Assembly (NCBI RefSeq): GCF_000008665.1
Contig: NC_000917.1
Span: 150,001 to 182,000 of the forward strand
Direction: 5' to 3'
From: Archaeoglobus fulgidus DSM 4304
GTDB taxonomy: Archaea; Halobacteriota; Archaeoglobi; Archaeoglobales; Archaeoglobaceae
DNA: 32,000 nt
The number at the start of each line of letters is the position of its first letter. The first letter of the stretch is position 1. The position numbers and the translations under genes were made by a program. Below the pieces are notes generated by a model that saw only the letters and a program-made list of their open reading frames with translations, was not told the DNA's origin and searched no databases. Shown here piece after piece: positions 1 through 9,376 of this stretch.

Positions 1-1
1 A

Positions 2-967
2 AACACGCTGGAGAGGGAGATGAAGGGAGAAATTCTGGAGGAGATGGAAAGCGTTGTGGCAGAACTCATAAAGGTTGGCCACACTCACTACAACAGAGAG
101 GAGATGCTCATTTTCCCCTACATCGAGAGGAGGGGGATTACTGCCATTCCAAACGTGTTGTGGTTCAAGCATGATGAGATAAGGGCTGCCCTGAGGGTTT
201 TGCACAGACTTCTTACCACAGACACGGGAGAGAGGTGGGAGGAGCACATCAAAAGAGTTGTGGAGAAAGCGAGGGAGGTTTCATCGGCAATGCTGGATAT
301 GGTTTTCAGGGAGAACAACATCTTCTACCCAACGCTAAAAGTTCTGCTCAGCGAGGGAGAGTGGAGGGCAATAAGGGAGCAGGAAGAGATAATAGGTTAC
401 TACAAGCTCAAGCCAGCAGAATGGAAGAGCGATGCCAAGCCCGTGCATCCTTACGAGATAGACACTACCATAACCGCAGAGCAGCTTATCAGCCTGCCAG
501 AAGAGGTGCAAAACTTGCTGAAGGGACAGCTCTTGAAGCCCGACAGTTATGAGGTAGTGAGGGAGGATGACTTAAGGCTTGATGAGGGATATCTCTCTCA
601 GAGAGAAATTAACGCCATTTTCAAAGCTCTGCCCTTTGACATAACCTTCGTTGACAGCAATGACAGGGTCAGGTTTTTCTCAGGGAGCGACAGGATATTC
701 GCAAGAACACCTTCCGTCATCGGGAGGAGAGTTCATTTATGCCACCCGCCGAGGAGCGTGCACATTGTTGATAAAATACTGAAGGCCTTCAGAAACGGGG
801 AGAGGGATTTTGCTGAGTTCTGGATAAACATGGGTGGGAGAATTATACACATAAGATACTTCGCCGTGAGGGATGAGGGGGAGTACCTTGGCACGGTGGA
901 GGTTGTTCAGGATGTGACGGAGATAAAAAGGCTTGAGGGCGAGAAGAGGCTGCTGGGGTGGAAGTAG
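2..967 (+). CDS. Hemerythrin-like (HHE) / DUF438 + PAS-like sensor protein; the 5' end is probably outside the window
   Basis: ORF 20..967. The frame stays open back to base 2 (NTLEREM...), so the true start may lie upstream. The N-terminal half has His/Glu-rich helical hemerythrin-like motifs (HTHYNREE, WFKHDEI). The C-terminal half (FDITFVDSNDRVRFFSG...HLCHPPRSVHIV...) resembles the PAS-like domain of DUF438 proteins. The stop lies 3 nt before the next ATG. Confidence 0.65.
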   Translation, partial: NTLEREMKGEILEEMESVVAELIKVGHTHYNREEMLIFPYIERRGITAIPNVLWFKHDEIRAALRVLHRLLTTDTGERWEEHIKRVVEKAREVSSAMLDMVFRENNIFYPTLKVLLSEGEWRAIREQEEIIGYYKLKPAEWKSDAKPVHPYEIDTTITAEQLISLPEEVQNLLKGQLLKPDSYEVVREDDLRLDEGYLSQREINAIFKALPFDITFVDSNDRVRFFSGSDRIFARTPSVIGRRVHLCHPPRSVHIVDKILKAFRNGERDFAEFWINMGGRIIHIRYFAVRDEGEYLGTVEVVQDVTEIKRLEGEKRLLGWK

Positions 968-970
968 AAG

Positions 971-1527
971 ATGAAAGAAAGAGTTCCTCCCGGTCAGAGG
1001 GTTTTTGACAAACTCCCGGTGCTGCAATACAGGGGCATCCCGCACATCGACATTGAGGAGTGGAGATTTAGGGTTTACGGGCTGGTTTCAAGGGAGCTTA
1101 CCTTTACCTACGAGGAGATGCTCGAACTCCCGCAGAAGGAGTTTAGGTGTGATGTTCACTGCGTAACGGGCTGGAGCAAGCTCGACTCCGTTTGGGAAGG
1201 TTTTGAAGCCTCTGAGATTATAAAGCTTTCAAAGCCCCTTGAAAACGCCCGATACGTGATGGTTCATTCAGCAGACGGCTACACAACCAACCTCTCCATA
1301 GAGGACTTCTCGAAGGGATTTTTCGCCATCAAAATGGATGGAAAGCCCTTATCTCTCGAGCACGGCTACCGCTCCGCTTGGTTGTGCCACACCTCTACTT
1401 CTGGAAGAGCGCCAAGTGGGTTACGGCAGTGGAGTTTATGGCGGAAGAGAGGCTGGGATTCTGGGAGAGCAGGGGTTACCATATCAGGGGTGACCCGTGG
1501 AAGGAGGAGAGGTACAGCAGGACCTAA
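971..1527 (+). pseudogene. Small SUOX-fold molybdopterin-binding oxidoreductase (YedY/MsrP-like catalytic domain), broken by a 1-nt frameshift near 1370
   Basis: The N-terminal 133 aa carry the Moco-Cys motif DVHCVTGWSKLD. After EHGY (about 1370) the tracked frame becomes Arg/Gly/Ser-rich nonsense. The -1 frame instead reads [52 protein letters not shown] and stops at 1525-1527, a typical family C-terminus. The break is at tacCGCtcc, where taCCCGctc would be expected (C3 read as C2). Confidence 0.75.
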
Positions 1528-1572
1528 AATCTTAGGGAGAATCCTTATCCCCCCAAGTCTTAACTCACCTCC

Positions 1573-2226
1573 ATGAGGCTTTTGCCAAAAATGGGGGGCG
1601 TGATAAGCATCTGGTTAACCTCAACGCTCCTGGCGATGAAATACCTCACACCTCTTAATTTAGCAATAGCGCTGCTTTCCCTGCTGTCAGTAAACCCGCT
1701 CATGTATATGAAGAAAGATTTTTCACTCGTTTTTCCAATTCTCCTTTCAGCGTTGGCAGCATACATCCTCTACCTTAACCCCACTACCATCTACTTCCTC
1801 CTCGCTTACTCGATCCTCTTCATAGCGCTCAAATTCGTGAATGAGTGGAGAATTGAGACGAAAATCGGTGCCTTCGCTCTCACCTTCCCCTTTCCGATGA
1901 TGGCCTTGGCTTACGGGGCGGGCCTGATGGAAATATTGGCACCATTAACCCTCTTGTTCTCTCTAACAGCCTTCAACCTTTTTCTTGCTGACTCAAGAAT
2001 TTACGGCAGAGTTTCGGCAAAGAACTACCTCGCGATTATACCCCTCGCCCTTATTTTCTACATCCTCTCCCATCCAGTCCTTGCGGCAGCTGTGACAGCA
2101 GCGGCGATAGTTGTAACGGTAAAAGCAAACAGCATTAGTGTTAGGAGCTTCGGATTTTCACTGCTTTTTCTGAATCTGCTCTTCGTCGTCGGGTTTTTAG
2201 CTCTGGACTTTGCTGGGCTTCTCTAA
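1573..2226 (+). CDS. Polytopic integral membrane protein, unknown function
   Basis: A 217-aa ORF that is almost entirely hydrophobic, with about 6-7 predicted TM segments. I recognise no motif. The start is uncertain (ATG 1573 or 1591). Confidence 0.5.
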   Translation: MRLLPKMGGVISIWLTSTLLAMKYLTPLNLAIALLSLLSVNPLMYMKKDFSLVFPILLSALAAYILYLNPTTIYFLLAYSILFIALKFVNEWRIETKIGAFALTFPFPMMALAYGAGLMEILAPLTLLFSLTAFNLFLADSRIYGRVSAKNYLAIIPLALIFYILSHPVLAAAVTAAAIVVTVKANSISVRSFGFSLLFLNLLFVVGFLALDFAGLL

Positions 2227-2676
2227 AAATTTTCTAAAAGCCCTTGCGAAGGTCGCATAAATTTCTGATTTCTCCTCAACACACTTAGCAAATTCTAAAA
2301 ACCAGTCTCTAAAATCGGAGAGAAGCTCTGGATTCATTGAAAGAAACTCAAGCTCGACTGATATGTGGTCTGGTGGTTCAGACTCGTAAACGTAGTTAAG
2401 ACCGTATTTCGAGTATAGCTCAGCTGCTCTGAGGGATGCTTTTCCGTAAACGCTCCCCTCCTCGAAGTAGGATTGGTATGGAGGGCACGGAACTGAGGGG
2501 TGTGAGGAAATAAAAAGAGAAGTGTATTCAACCTGAAGTGCTTCAATGTCAACCTGTTTCAAAGTTTGAGCAATCTCTGTAAGGCCAATGCCCTCTGCAA
2601 GCGCTATGGCTTTTCCGAGCTTGTCCTCATCAGGATAGGAAAAAATCAGCGAGAAAAGCTTAAGATGCTCTCTCAT
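2197..2676 (-). CDS. TorD/DmsD/NarJ-family redox-enzyme maturation chaperone
   Basis: 159 aa with an EYTSLF...PCPPYQSYF signature typical of the family. Its start overlaps the stop of the upstream NrfD gene. It is the last gene of the Mo-enzyme operon. Confidence 0.7.
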   Translation of the reverse strand: MREHLKLFSLIFSYPDEDKLGKAIALAEGIGLTEIAQTLKQVDIEALQVEYTSLFISSHPSVPCPPYQSYFEEGSVYGKASLRAAELYSKYGLNYVYESEPPDHISVELEFLSMNPELLSDFRDWFLEFAKCVEEKSEIYATFARAFRKFLEKPSKVQS

Positions 2677-3896
2677 GCCTTCTCACCCACATCTTTGAGA
2701 GGAAGAGCCTTAAGCAGAGTCAGCAGGACCAAACTCAGTACGGCAACAATTCCGACCGTTACTGCAATTTCAACTGCAGACGGTGAGTAGCTCCAGTAAT
2801 CCACGAAAACAGGCTGAGGGCTGAACAGGTCACCCCTCACCTCTCCTACAGCGATAGGATACTGCCATCCCTCGATGCTGAAGGCAAAGACGTTGTAGGC
2901 AGGAGGCATCAGTAGAAATCTGTGGAGGAGGACACCCACGTTGACAGACACGCTACCAATAATTAGCCTTGCACGGGTCGTCGCCTTGGCCAGCACGATG
3001 GCTGAGAAGAGGATAAACAGAACTTCGAGGAAGTGTATGTGGAGGTAATCTCTGAAGACAATAGCCAGAGCCTCGTATTCCAGCCCTTCTCCCCACCAGT
3101 ATCTGACGAGGAAGTCGTTGTAGTACATGAAAAGGAGAGCAGCGGATGATGCTGCAGAAATCTTGCCGAGAAGTCTGTAGGCATTTTTAAGCCTATCTTC
3201 ATAACCATAAACGAAGAGGGATGCAAGTATTACAACGGCAGGCCCTGTGGCGATTGCAGCTGCGATGAAAGTTGGGGCGAGCAGCCCGCCATACCACCAC
3301 GGCCTCGAAAGTTGCGTTGCGAGAACCCAAGCCGTCACGGTGTGGATGAGTATGGCGAAGGGGAGGGCTATCGGAGCAAGAACTTTCGCATACTTCTCGG
3401 ACTTTTGCCTTAAAGACTCTAAATCAGTCGCATCTTTCTTTAGAAAACCTAAGACTCCCCTCTCAGCAATTCTCGGCATCAGAAGAACGTAGGTGTAAAT
3501 GGCCGAAAGGAAAGCGTAGGTTGAGAGTACTATCAGGTCCCAGGGTAGAAGAGATGAGAAGTTGGGGTAAAGAAACATGTTCAGTATTCTGTCCACCCTA
3601 CCGAGGTCGGGTAGAACCATAACCATCGCACCGACAGCGAAGATGAAGGCAGTCGTTGATGCCACTGGCGCTATGGGCTTGAATTCTCTTGCCCCGAAGA
3701 TGTATATCGCAGATGACACAACAAGACCACCAGCAGCCGTTCCGACAAAAAATGCCCACATCGCAATGTAGAGCCCCCAGCTAAAGGGATTCCGCATGTT
3801 CGTTACTATCAATCCTTCCTGAAGCTGATACAGCCATGCTGCCATTCCCAGTGCTGCTAAGGCAACCAGAACCGCAACTAAAGCTTTAAACTTCAC
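2673..3896 (-). CDS. NrfD/PsrC-type membrane anchor subunit of the molybdopterin oxidoreductase
   Basis: 407 aa and polytopic. It has the NrfD-like motif WGLYIAMWAFFVGTAAGG. Its boundaries overlap both neighbouring genes, which suggests translational coupling. Confidence 0.8.
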   Translation of the reverse strand: MKFKALVAVLVALAALGMAAWLYQLQEGLIVTNMRNPFSWGLYIAMWAFFVGTAAGGLVVSSAIYIFGAREFKPIAPVASTTAFIFAVGAMVMVLPDLGRVDRILNMFLYPNFSSLLPWDLIVLSTYAFLSAIYTYVLLMPRIAERGVLGFLKKDATDLESLRQKSEKYAKVLAPIALPFAILIHTVTAWVLATQLSRPWWYGGLLAPTFIAAAIATGPAVVILASLFVYGYEDRLKNAYRLLGKISAASSAALLFMYYNDFLVRYWWGEGLEYEALAIVFRDYLHIHFLEVLFILFSAIVLAKATTRARLIIGSVSVNVGVLLHRFLLMPPAYNVFAFSIEGWQYPIAVGEVRGDLFSPQPVFVDYWSYSPSAVEIAVTVGIVAVLSLVLLTLLKALPLKDVGEKA

Positions 3897-4648
3897 AATT
3901 TCACCTCCAGTTCTGGAGAATACCTAACTTCTCCTCTTTCAGCCCTTTTCATAGGTAAAAGGTAGAACACCTTTGGCTCCGTCCCCAAATCTTCCAGCAA
4001 TCTCGTGTGTGCCCCGTCCCTCAACACCTTTGAAATCTCACTGTTAGGGTCATCGAGGTCTCCGAAAATCCTCGCATTCCCTGGACAGCCTCTAACACAT
4101 GCGGGCTTTAGACCTTTGTCAATATACTGCACACAGAATGTGCACTTTTCAACCACTCCTCTTGGTCTCTTGGGCGTGTAAACCAGCCTTCCGTCTTTGG
4201 TTCTGTGATCAATGGGATATCCGTGCCTGTATCCTTCTACGTACTCACCTTCAAATCCTGCCGCCTTGAAACCTTTCTCTACCGCCTTATCCTTATCTTC
4301 CCAGTTAAACTGCCTCACACCATAAGGGCAGGCAGTCATGCAGTACCTGCAGCCAATGCACCTCTCAAAGTCCACCAGCACAACCCCGTCCTCTCTTTTC
4401 CACGTTGCACCGACGGGGCATACCTTAACGCAGGGTGGATTATCGCAATGCATGCAGGGGACTGGGAGGTAAAGTTCAGTCAGATTGGGGTAATCTCCCG
4501 ACGGAGTTTGATGTTCTTTGCTCCCTACGGTCTCAACTCTGTGCCACCAAGTGCCCGGCGGGAGAGAGTTGTGAATTTTGCAAATAACAGCGCAGCTTCT
4601 GCAGCCTATACATCTGTTCAGGTCTATAACCATTCCATACCTCACCAT
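3893..4648 (-). CDS. Four-cluster [4Fe-4S] ferredoxin-type electron-transfer subunit (PsrB/DmsB/NrfC-like)
   Basis: 251 aa starting MVIDLNRCIGCRSCAVIC, with further CxxCxxCxxxCP-type motifs (CMHCDNPPCVKVCP, CIGCRYCMTACP, CTFC...C). Confidence 0.85.
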   Translation of the reverse strand: MVRYGMVIDLNRCIGCRSCAVICKIHNSLPPGTWWHRVETVGSKEHQTPSGDYPNLTELYLPVPCMHCDNPPCVKVCPVGATWKREDGVVLVDFERCIGCRYCMTACPYGVRQFNWEDKDKAVEKGFKAAGFEGEYVEGYRHGYPIDHRTKDGRLVYTPKRPRGVVEKCTFCVQYIDKGLKPACVRGCPGNARIFGDLDDPNSEISKVLRDGAHTRLLEDLGTEPKVFYLLPMKRAERGEVRYSPELEVKL

Positions 4649-4652
4649 GCAC

Positions 4653-7343
4653 CTACACCTCCACCTTCCTTACTGCACACGCAACCTCATTCCACGCTGT
4701 AGTGGGTTCCCAGATGCCGGGGACGAAGTAGACAATATGGGTTGGTTTAATCCAGGGGAAGGTCAGGCTGTTGTAGGATGTTCCTCTCAAATATCTGCTC
4801 CACCAGCCCTGCTCGAATATGATTACCGAGGGATGCAGTCCCTCATCCAGTACGGCATAGCCGTATACCCTGCCCCTGTCGTTGTAAACCTCTACAAGGT
4901 CTCCCTCAGCAATTCCGTTCTCCTTTGCTGTTATAGGATGCAACCAAACTCTCGGCCTGAAGTCCTGAAGCTCAAGCATCGTTATGTTGTTGCTGTGGGT
5001 GGAGTGAACTCTGTAGAGCGCGTTTCTGGTGATGTAAAAGTACCTGTATTTCCTCTTCGCTTCGGGATTCAGCCTGTACTCAGTATCAACAAACGGGTCT
5101 TTGTGAACTGGCAGAGTTTCCCCAAGGTCTATGAAAACGTCCTCCTCTTTGTAAAACTCAATTCTTCCACTTTTCACAAATCTCGCCGTTTTTTGAAGTG
5201 GAACAGGATAGGACTGGGGTGGGAAAGGCTTTTTAAGGTTTATCTGCTCCCAGAATGGAATCTGTCTTTTATTAGGGGTTGGCAGGTTCAATCTCACAGG
5301 TCCTTTTAGCAGTTTTTCAAGAGTTATCCCTTCCACAAGCTCGCCACCAGTCTTGAGCATGAGCTCGACAGCTTTCAGGGAGGCCTTATGTGCAATATTC
5401 CTTGCCAACCTGAAACTCCACGTCCCATCCTTTCTCGCCCTCTCCTCCTCATCGAAAAGCTCTGGATCAGGATAGAACTCAGAAATGCTGGATTTGAGCT
5501 CTTCATCGTTCCACTTCTGGACGAGTCTTTTGGCCAGCTCCTTGAAAATCCATATTTCTGGCATGCATTCGAAAAGTGGCTCGATCGCAGGCTGCTGGAG
5601 CTGGACGTAGGGATGGAGAATCGTTGCTGTTAGCTCGTACTTCTCGTACCATGCGACACCGGGCAACACCACATCTGCCCACTTGCATGAGGTCGTCATC
5701 TGGAAGTCTATCGCAACTATGAGTTCCAAGTCTCCATTCTCGGCGTATTCAATCATCCTGTTAGCCATGTTGTGCTGGTCGAAGGGATTGTTCCAGCCGA
5801 AGAGGAAAGCTTTAACATCGTTCTTAGGATAGGGGGTTTCTCTGTTGTATTTTTTGAACTCCTCGCTTTGCCTGTATTCCTTGTTCATCCAGAGGAGGTA
5901 GGTTACCCATTTATTCTTCCTACCCTTGAAGCTCCACCATGCTCCAAGAGGCCAGCGAATCTTGAACTGTCCAGCATATGTGGATATTCCTGCGCCACTC
6001 TTTCCGAGATTTCCTGTTAATGCAACAATCAGCGCCAGAGCCCTTCCCTTCAGGTCACCGTGGTACCACTGGTAATTACTCGCACCGTAGATGATGTGCA
6101 AAGGCTTTACGGTTGCCATTTCAAATGCAAGTCTTTTGATCATATCCACGTACTCGCCCTTATTTCTGTTTGGAGGAGTAATAATCTCAGCAACTTTTTC
6201 GGGGGTGTACTTCTGAACCTCCTCCTTTAGAAGCTGGAAAACCGGTTTTACCTTCACCCTTTTTCCGTCAACAAGCTCTACCTCAAATTCTCCTTCTATC
6301 GCAGGCTCAAAATCCCTCTCAAGGGTTTCTGGATTCACCGGCTTGAATCCCTCGTTGACGTCGTAAACGACGAACACATCTCTGTATTCTGGAACGTTTA
6401 GTTTTCCAGCAATCTCCTCAAGTTCCTTTACTTCCTTCGCCATCAGCCTTTTCTGGGTGTCCATTCTCACCAGCAGCGGCATGTCGGTGTATGTTTTGAT
6501 GAATTCCTCGTCATAGAGTCTGTTTTCAATTATCTCTCTCGCTATTGCCAGCGCGAAAGCTGAGTCGGTTGAAGGATTTATCTGCACCCATTCATCAGCC
6601 TTAGCTGCTGTGGGGCTGAAGTTCGGGTCCACTACAACAACCTTCGCCCCCCTCTCCGCAGCGATGTTTACGAACTTTGCATCTGGAAGGCGGGTGACCA
6701 TTATATTGGAGCCGAAAATGGCTATATACTTCGAGTTGGTCCATTCAAGGGACTCGAACTCCTCCGTTTGAACTCCGAAGGTTTGTGACCAGAAGGCTGG
6801 CAGGTCTCCATTCATCGTATAGCCGTGCAAAGCACTCCATCCGAACATGGATGCGAGTCTCATCATAGCCCCTTTGTGAACGTAGCCAGTCCCTGGAACC
6901 TGAATCGAAATTGCCACCGATTCCGGACCGTGTCGCTTCATTATGTCAGCCAGCCTGTCTGCAACGTAATCCAAAGCCTCATCCCAGCTCACAGCTTTGA
7001 ATTTCCCCTCTCCTCTTTTTCCCACCCTGATTAACGGCCTTTTCAACCTGTCCGGACCGTAAATCAAGTTCATCATTGACTGTCCCCTGAGACATCCCCT
7101 TGGGTTATATTCAGGCTCAGGATAATCTGCTGCCTGAGTGAGTGTCTCGATTCTGCCGTTGTAAACAAGCGCATCAAAACCGCATGCTCCCGTGCAGTTT
7201 GGTGAGCAAACCGACCTCACAGTTTTGATTTCGCCTGCATTTTGCTGCACTCCACGACTTTTCTGGAAGTAGCCAAGACCTAAACCGGAAGCAAAAGCAG
7301 TCGCTGCAGAGAGCTTGATAAAGTCTCTCCTGCTTACCTTCAT
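4653..7343 (-). CDS. Tat-exported bis-MGD molybdopterin oxidoreductase, catalytic subunit (DMSO reductase superfamily)
   Basis: 896 aa. It has a twin-arginine signal (MKVSRRDFIKLSAATAFASG) and an N-terminal Fe-S motif (CSPNCTGAC...C). Its length and operon context (FeS, NrfD and TorD genes) fit the family. Confidence 0.9.
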   Translation of the reverse strand: MKVSRRDFIKLSAATAFASGLGLGYFQKSRGVQQNAGEIKTVRSVCSPNCTGACGFDALVYNGRIETLTQAADYPEPEYNPRGCLRGQSMMNLIYGPDRLKRPLIRVGKRGEGKFKAVSWDEALDYVADRLADIMKRHGPESVAISIQVPGTGYVHKGAMMRLASMFGWSALHGYTMNGDLPAFWSQTFGVQTEEFESLEWTNSKYIAIFGSNIMVTRLPDAKFVNIAAERGAKVVVVDPNFSPTAAKADEWVQINPSTDSAFALAIAREIIENRLYDEEFIKTYTDMPLLVRMDTQKRLMAKEVKELEEIAGKLNVPEYRDVFVVYDVNEGFKPVNPETLERDFEPAIEGEFEVELVDGKRVKVKPVFQLLKEEVQKYTPEKVAEIITPPNRNKGEYVDMIKRLAFEMATVKPLHIIYGASNYQWYHGDLKGRALALIVALTGNLGKSGAGISTYAGQFKIRWPLGAWWSFKGRKNKWVTYLLWMNKEYRQSEEFKKYNRETPYPKNDVKAFLFGWNNPFDQHNMANRMIEYAENGDLELIVAIDFQMTTSCKWADVVLPGVAWYEKYELTATILHPYVQLQQPAIEPLFECMPEIWIFKELAKRLVQKWNDEELKSSISEFYPDPELFDEEERARKDGTWSFRLARNIAHKASLKAVELMLKTGGELVEGITLEKLLKGPVRLNLPTPNKRQIPFWEQINLKKPFPPQSYPVPLQKTARFVKSGRIEFYKEEDVFIDLGETLPVHKDPFVDTEYRLNPEAKRKYRYFYITRNALYRVHSTHSNNITMLELQDFRPRVWLHPITAKENGIAEGDLVEVYNDRGRVYGYAVLDEGLHPSVIIFEQGWWSRYLRGTSYNSLTFPWIKPTHIVYFVPGIWEPTTAWNEVACAVRKVEV

Positions 7344-7401
7344 AAATAGTGTCTTTTTGGCAAGGTCATAAGGTTTTTCCCTAAAATATTAGGAAAAATT
7401 G

Positions 7402-7971
7402 CTACTCAAAATACCCCTTTCCAGCACACATAAAGCAAACCATCCTTCCATCAACCTCAGCGACGTAATCAGATGGCTGAAGCTCCCCGCATTTCTCACA
7501 TTCAACTATTGGCTCCTTTGTCCCACCCACAGGTATCGTCAGCCTTATTTCTCTAACCTCAAAGTATTCAGGCTCAAGGTTCAGAAACTCCTCAGCCAGC
7601 CTTTTCTCCTCCTCTTTGTTCAGCTTTCCAAGCCTGTAGAGGAATTTCTTTATCAGCTCAGACTTCTTGGCCGCCTCTTTCTTAATCGTCACCCTATAGC
7701 CTTCTCTGGTGTCAAACCTCACAATCGCCAAAGCGAGCTTTCCGTAGTCCTTCACAATCAAATTCCTGTTGCCGGGTGTGGTTCCTGCAACGACCTGCAG
7801 AGCATCGGGCAGGCACATTGCTGTCTCGGCAATCCCAACAAGCCCCTTCCCTCTGAAGTTCACACCAAGCTTTTCGTATGCAATTTGGGCCATCTTTATG
7901 CCCAGAGCCACTCCGGGGCTGAGGTGGCTGTGAAGCTTTGCCGCAAACTCAAGCATCTCGTTTCTGTCCAT
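7402..7971 (-). CDS. FmdE-family protein with C-terminal zinc ribbon
   Basis: 189 aa. The motif HSHLSPGVALGIKMA resembles the FmdE motif FHGHxCPGxAxG. The C-terminus has CEKCG...CFMC (CxxC...CxxC). Confidence 0.65.
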   Translation of the reverse strand: MDRNEMLEFAAKLHSHLSPGVALGIKMAQIAYEKLGVNFRGKGLVGIAETAMCLPDALQVVAGTTPGNRNLIVKDYGKLALAIVRFDTREGYRVTIKKEAAKKSELIKKFLYRLGKLNKEEEKRLAEEFLNLEPEYFEVREIRLTIPVGGTKEPIVECEKCGELQPSDYVAEVDGRMVCFMCAGKGYFE

Positions 7972-8093
7972 GGACTCTTAAAAACTCATTAGCTTTAAAT
8001 TATTTTTGAACGGTGTTAAGTTGCCTAATTCGATTATTTTTAATCATGTAAAAACACCGTTAAATTTAAATACAGCGTTTGGTTTGAAAAATC

Positions 8094-9376
8094 ATGGAAA
8101 TTGTGTATTGGGAAGAGCTGGGAAAGAGACTGGGAAGTTTCGAGGTGAAGAAGGATAAGGTCAGCTACAGGATTGCTCCCTTCACGCAGTGGAAGGTTCT
8201 CGTCGCAGATGAGAGGCGTGAGGTTGAGAAGGGGAAGCCTGAGCTTATAAGGCTGAGAGTGGCAGGATTCCTCAGAACACAATCGTTGCTCCGCTCTCAA
8301 TCGCCCCCCATGCGACGGGCACAACAGTTGACGTTGTTGAGGAAAAGCCGAGCAGAGTTGAGGAGGAGAAGAAGATAACTCACGCAGTCTTCCTGCCCGC
8401 TGAAGATGGAGTTGTGGAGGAAGGAGATATCGTTGGCATACTGAAGGTTTTCTTTGTCAGAACCGGGGCAATTGGAAAGAGACTGGGATTCAAGGCTGGA
8501 GACATAAGGATAAGGGAGGAGATAGTTCAGGCGAACCTGACGTGGAAGGAAGATGGAGAGATAAGGAGGGAGAGAATAAAGACGAGGTTTTTCGGCTACT
8601 TCAGGAGCCATGTTGCCGAGTGGGAGCCGGTGATAGCTGCAGAATCTGTTGATGTTGAGAGGGGTGAGGTTGCGAGAATAAAGATAAAGGAGATAACGCT
8701 GCCTGAATACACCGTCATAACGCCTCTCTTCATCAGGAGGCATGCCTTGGGCTCTTTAATTGATGTTGTTCAGCAGGGAAAGAGGAGGAAGGTTGAGGAG
8801 AAGAAGAGAATTGGCGAGGCAATTTTCCTGCCCGCAAGAAGCGGGAGAGTTGAGAAGGGAGACCTGCTGGGTGTGATTAATGTTTACTACATAGCAACAG
8901 AGAACTTCAGCGTTGGCAGAAGGGAAAAGGATGAGGTTCTTGCAAAGGTTGTTGATGAGAGGGGAAGAAAGGAGTTCAGAATCAAGCCCTTCGCCTACAG
9001 GAGGAAGACCATAGCGAGATGGGAGCCCATTGTTGCGGCAGAGAACCGAAAGGTCAGGAAGGGGGAGGTTGAGGAAATTGCGATAGAACCAATTAGCCTT
9101 GAGGAGAACACCATTGTCTATCCCCTCTACGTGATGAGAAACGCCTTTGGAAGTGTGGTTGATGTTGTTGAGGAAAGGCCGAGAAGAGTCGAGGAAAGAA
9201 GGGAGATTATAAAGGCAGTCTTCCTGCCAGTCTTCGACGGAGAAATAAGGAAGGGGCAGCTGCTTGGAGTTATGAACGTTTATAGCATTGAGGTTCAGCC
9301 CTACGAGGTGATATGGCGGTGGCTTGAGGAGTGGCAGGGAGAGTTCAGGAGATTGTTTGCAGAGGTGGTTGGATGA
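8094..9376 (+). pseudogene. Protein built from three tandem ~125-145-aa repeats, split by a frameshift near 8265
   Basis: ORFs 8094..8378 and 8414..9376 lie in different frames. The second frame is open from about 8243 and reads IPQNTIVAPLSIAPHATGTTVDVVEEKPSRVEEEKKITHAVFLPAEDGVVEEGDIVGILKVFFV. That completes a first copy of the unit seen twice more downstream: WEP(V/I)(I/V)AAE..V.(R/K)GEV..I.I..I.L.E.T(V/I)..PL....A.GS..DVV....R.VEE...I..A(I/V)FLP...G.(V/I).KG.LLGV.NVY.I. Confidence 0.6.

Noticed and set aside
4205-5309. Plus-strand ORFs 4205..4702 (165 aa) and 4578..5309 (243 aa)
   Set aside because: They are antisense to the well-supported FeS and molybdopterin subunit genes. Their sequences are low-complexity or Pro/Ser/Leu-rich with no motifs. 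These are typical shadow ORFs.
4653-7343. Possible selenocysteine (in-frame TGA) in the molybdopterin subunit
   Set aside because: The ORF is uninterrupted over 896 codons, so no in-frame TGA recoding is needed.
7399-7992. 197-aa plus-strand ORF covering the entire FmdE-like gene in antisense
   Set aside because: The minus-strand product has recognisable FmdE and zinc-ribbon motifs, and the plus-strand product has none. Its full-length extent is best explained by chance absence of stops.
8297-8743. 148-aa minus-strand ORF and the 8040..8324 minus ORF
   Set aside because: They are antisense to the repeat-protein gene, whose internal three-fold protein repeat validates the plus strand.
8094-9376. 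Possible CRISPR-like or DNA-level tandem repeat
   Set aside because: The periodicity is about 400 bp and is conserved at the protein level rather than the nucleotide level, so this is a domain triplication. I saw no short repeat-spacer array anywhere in the window.
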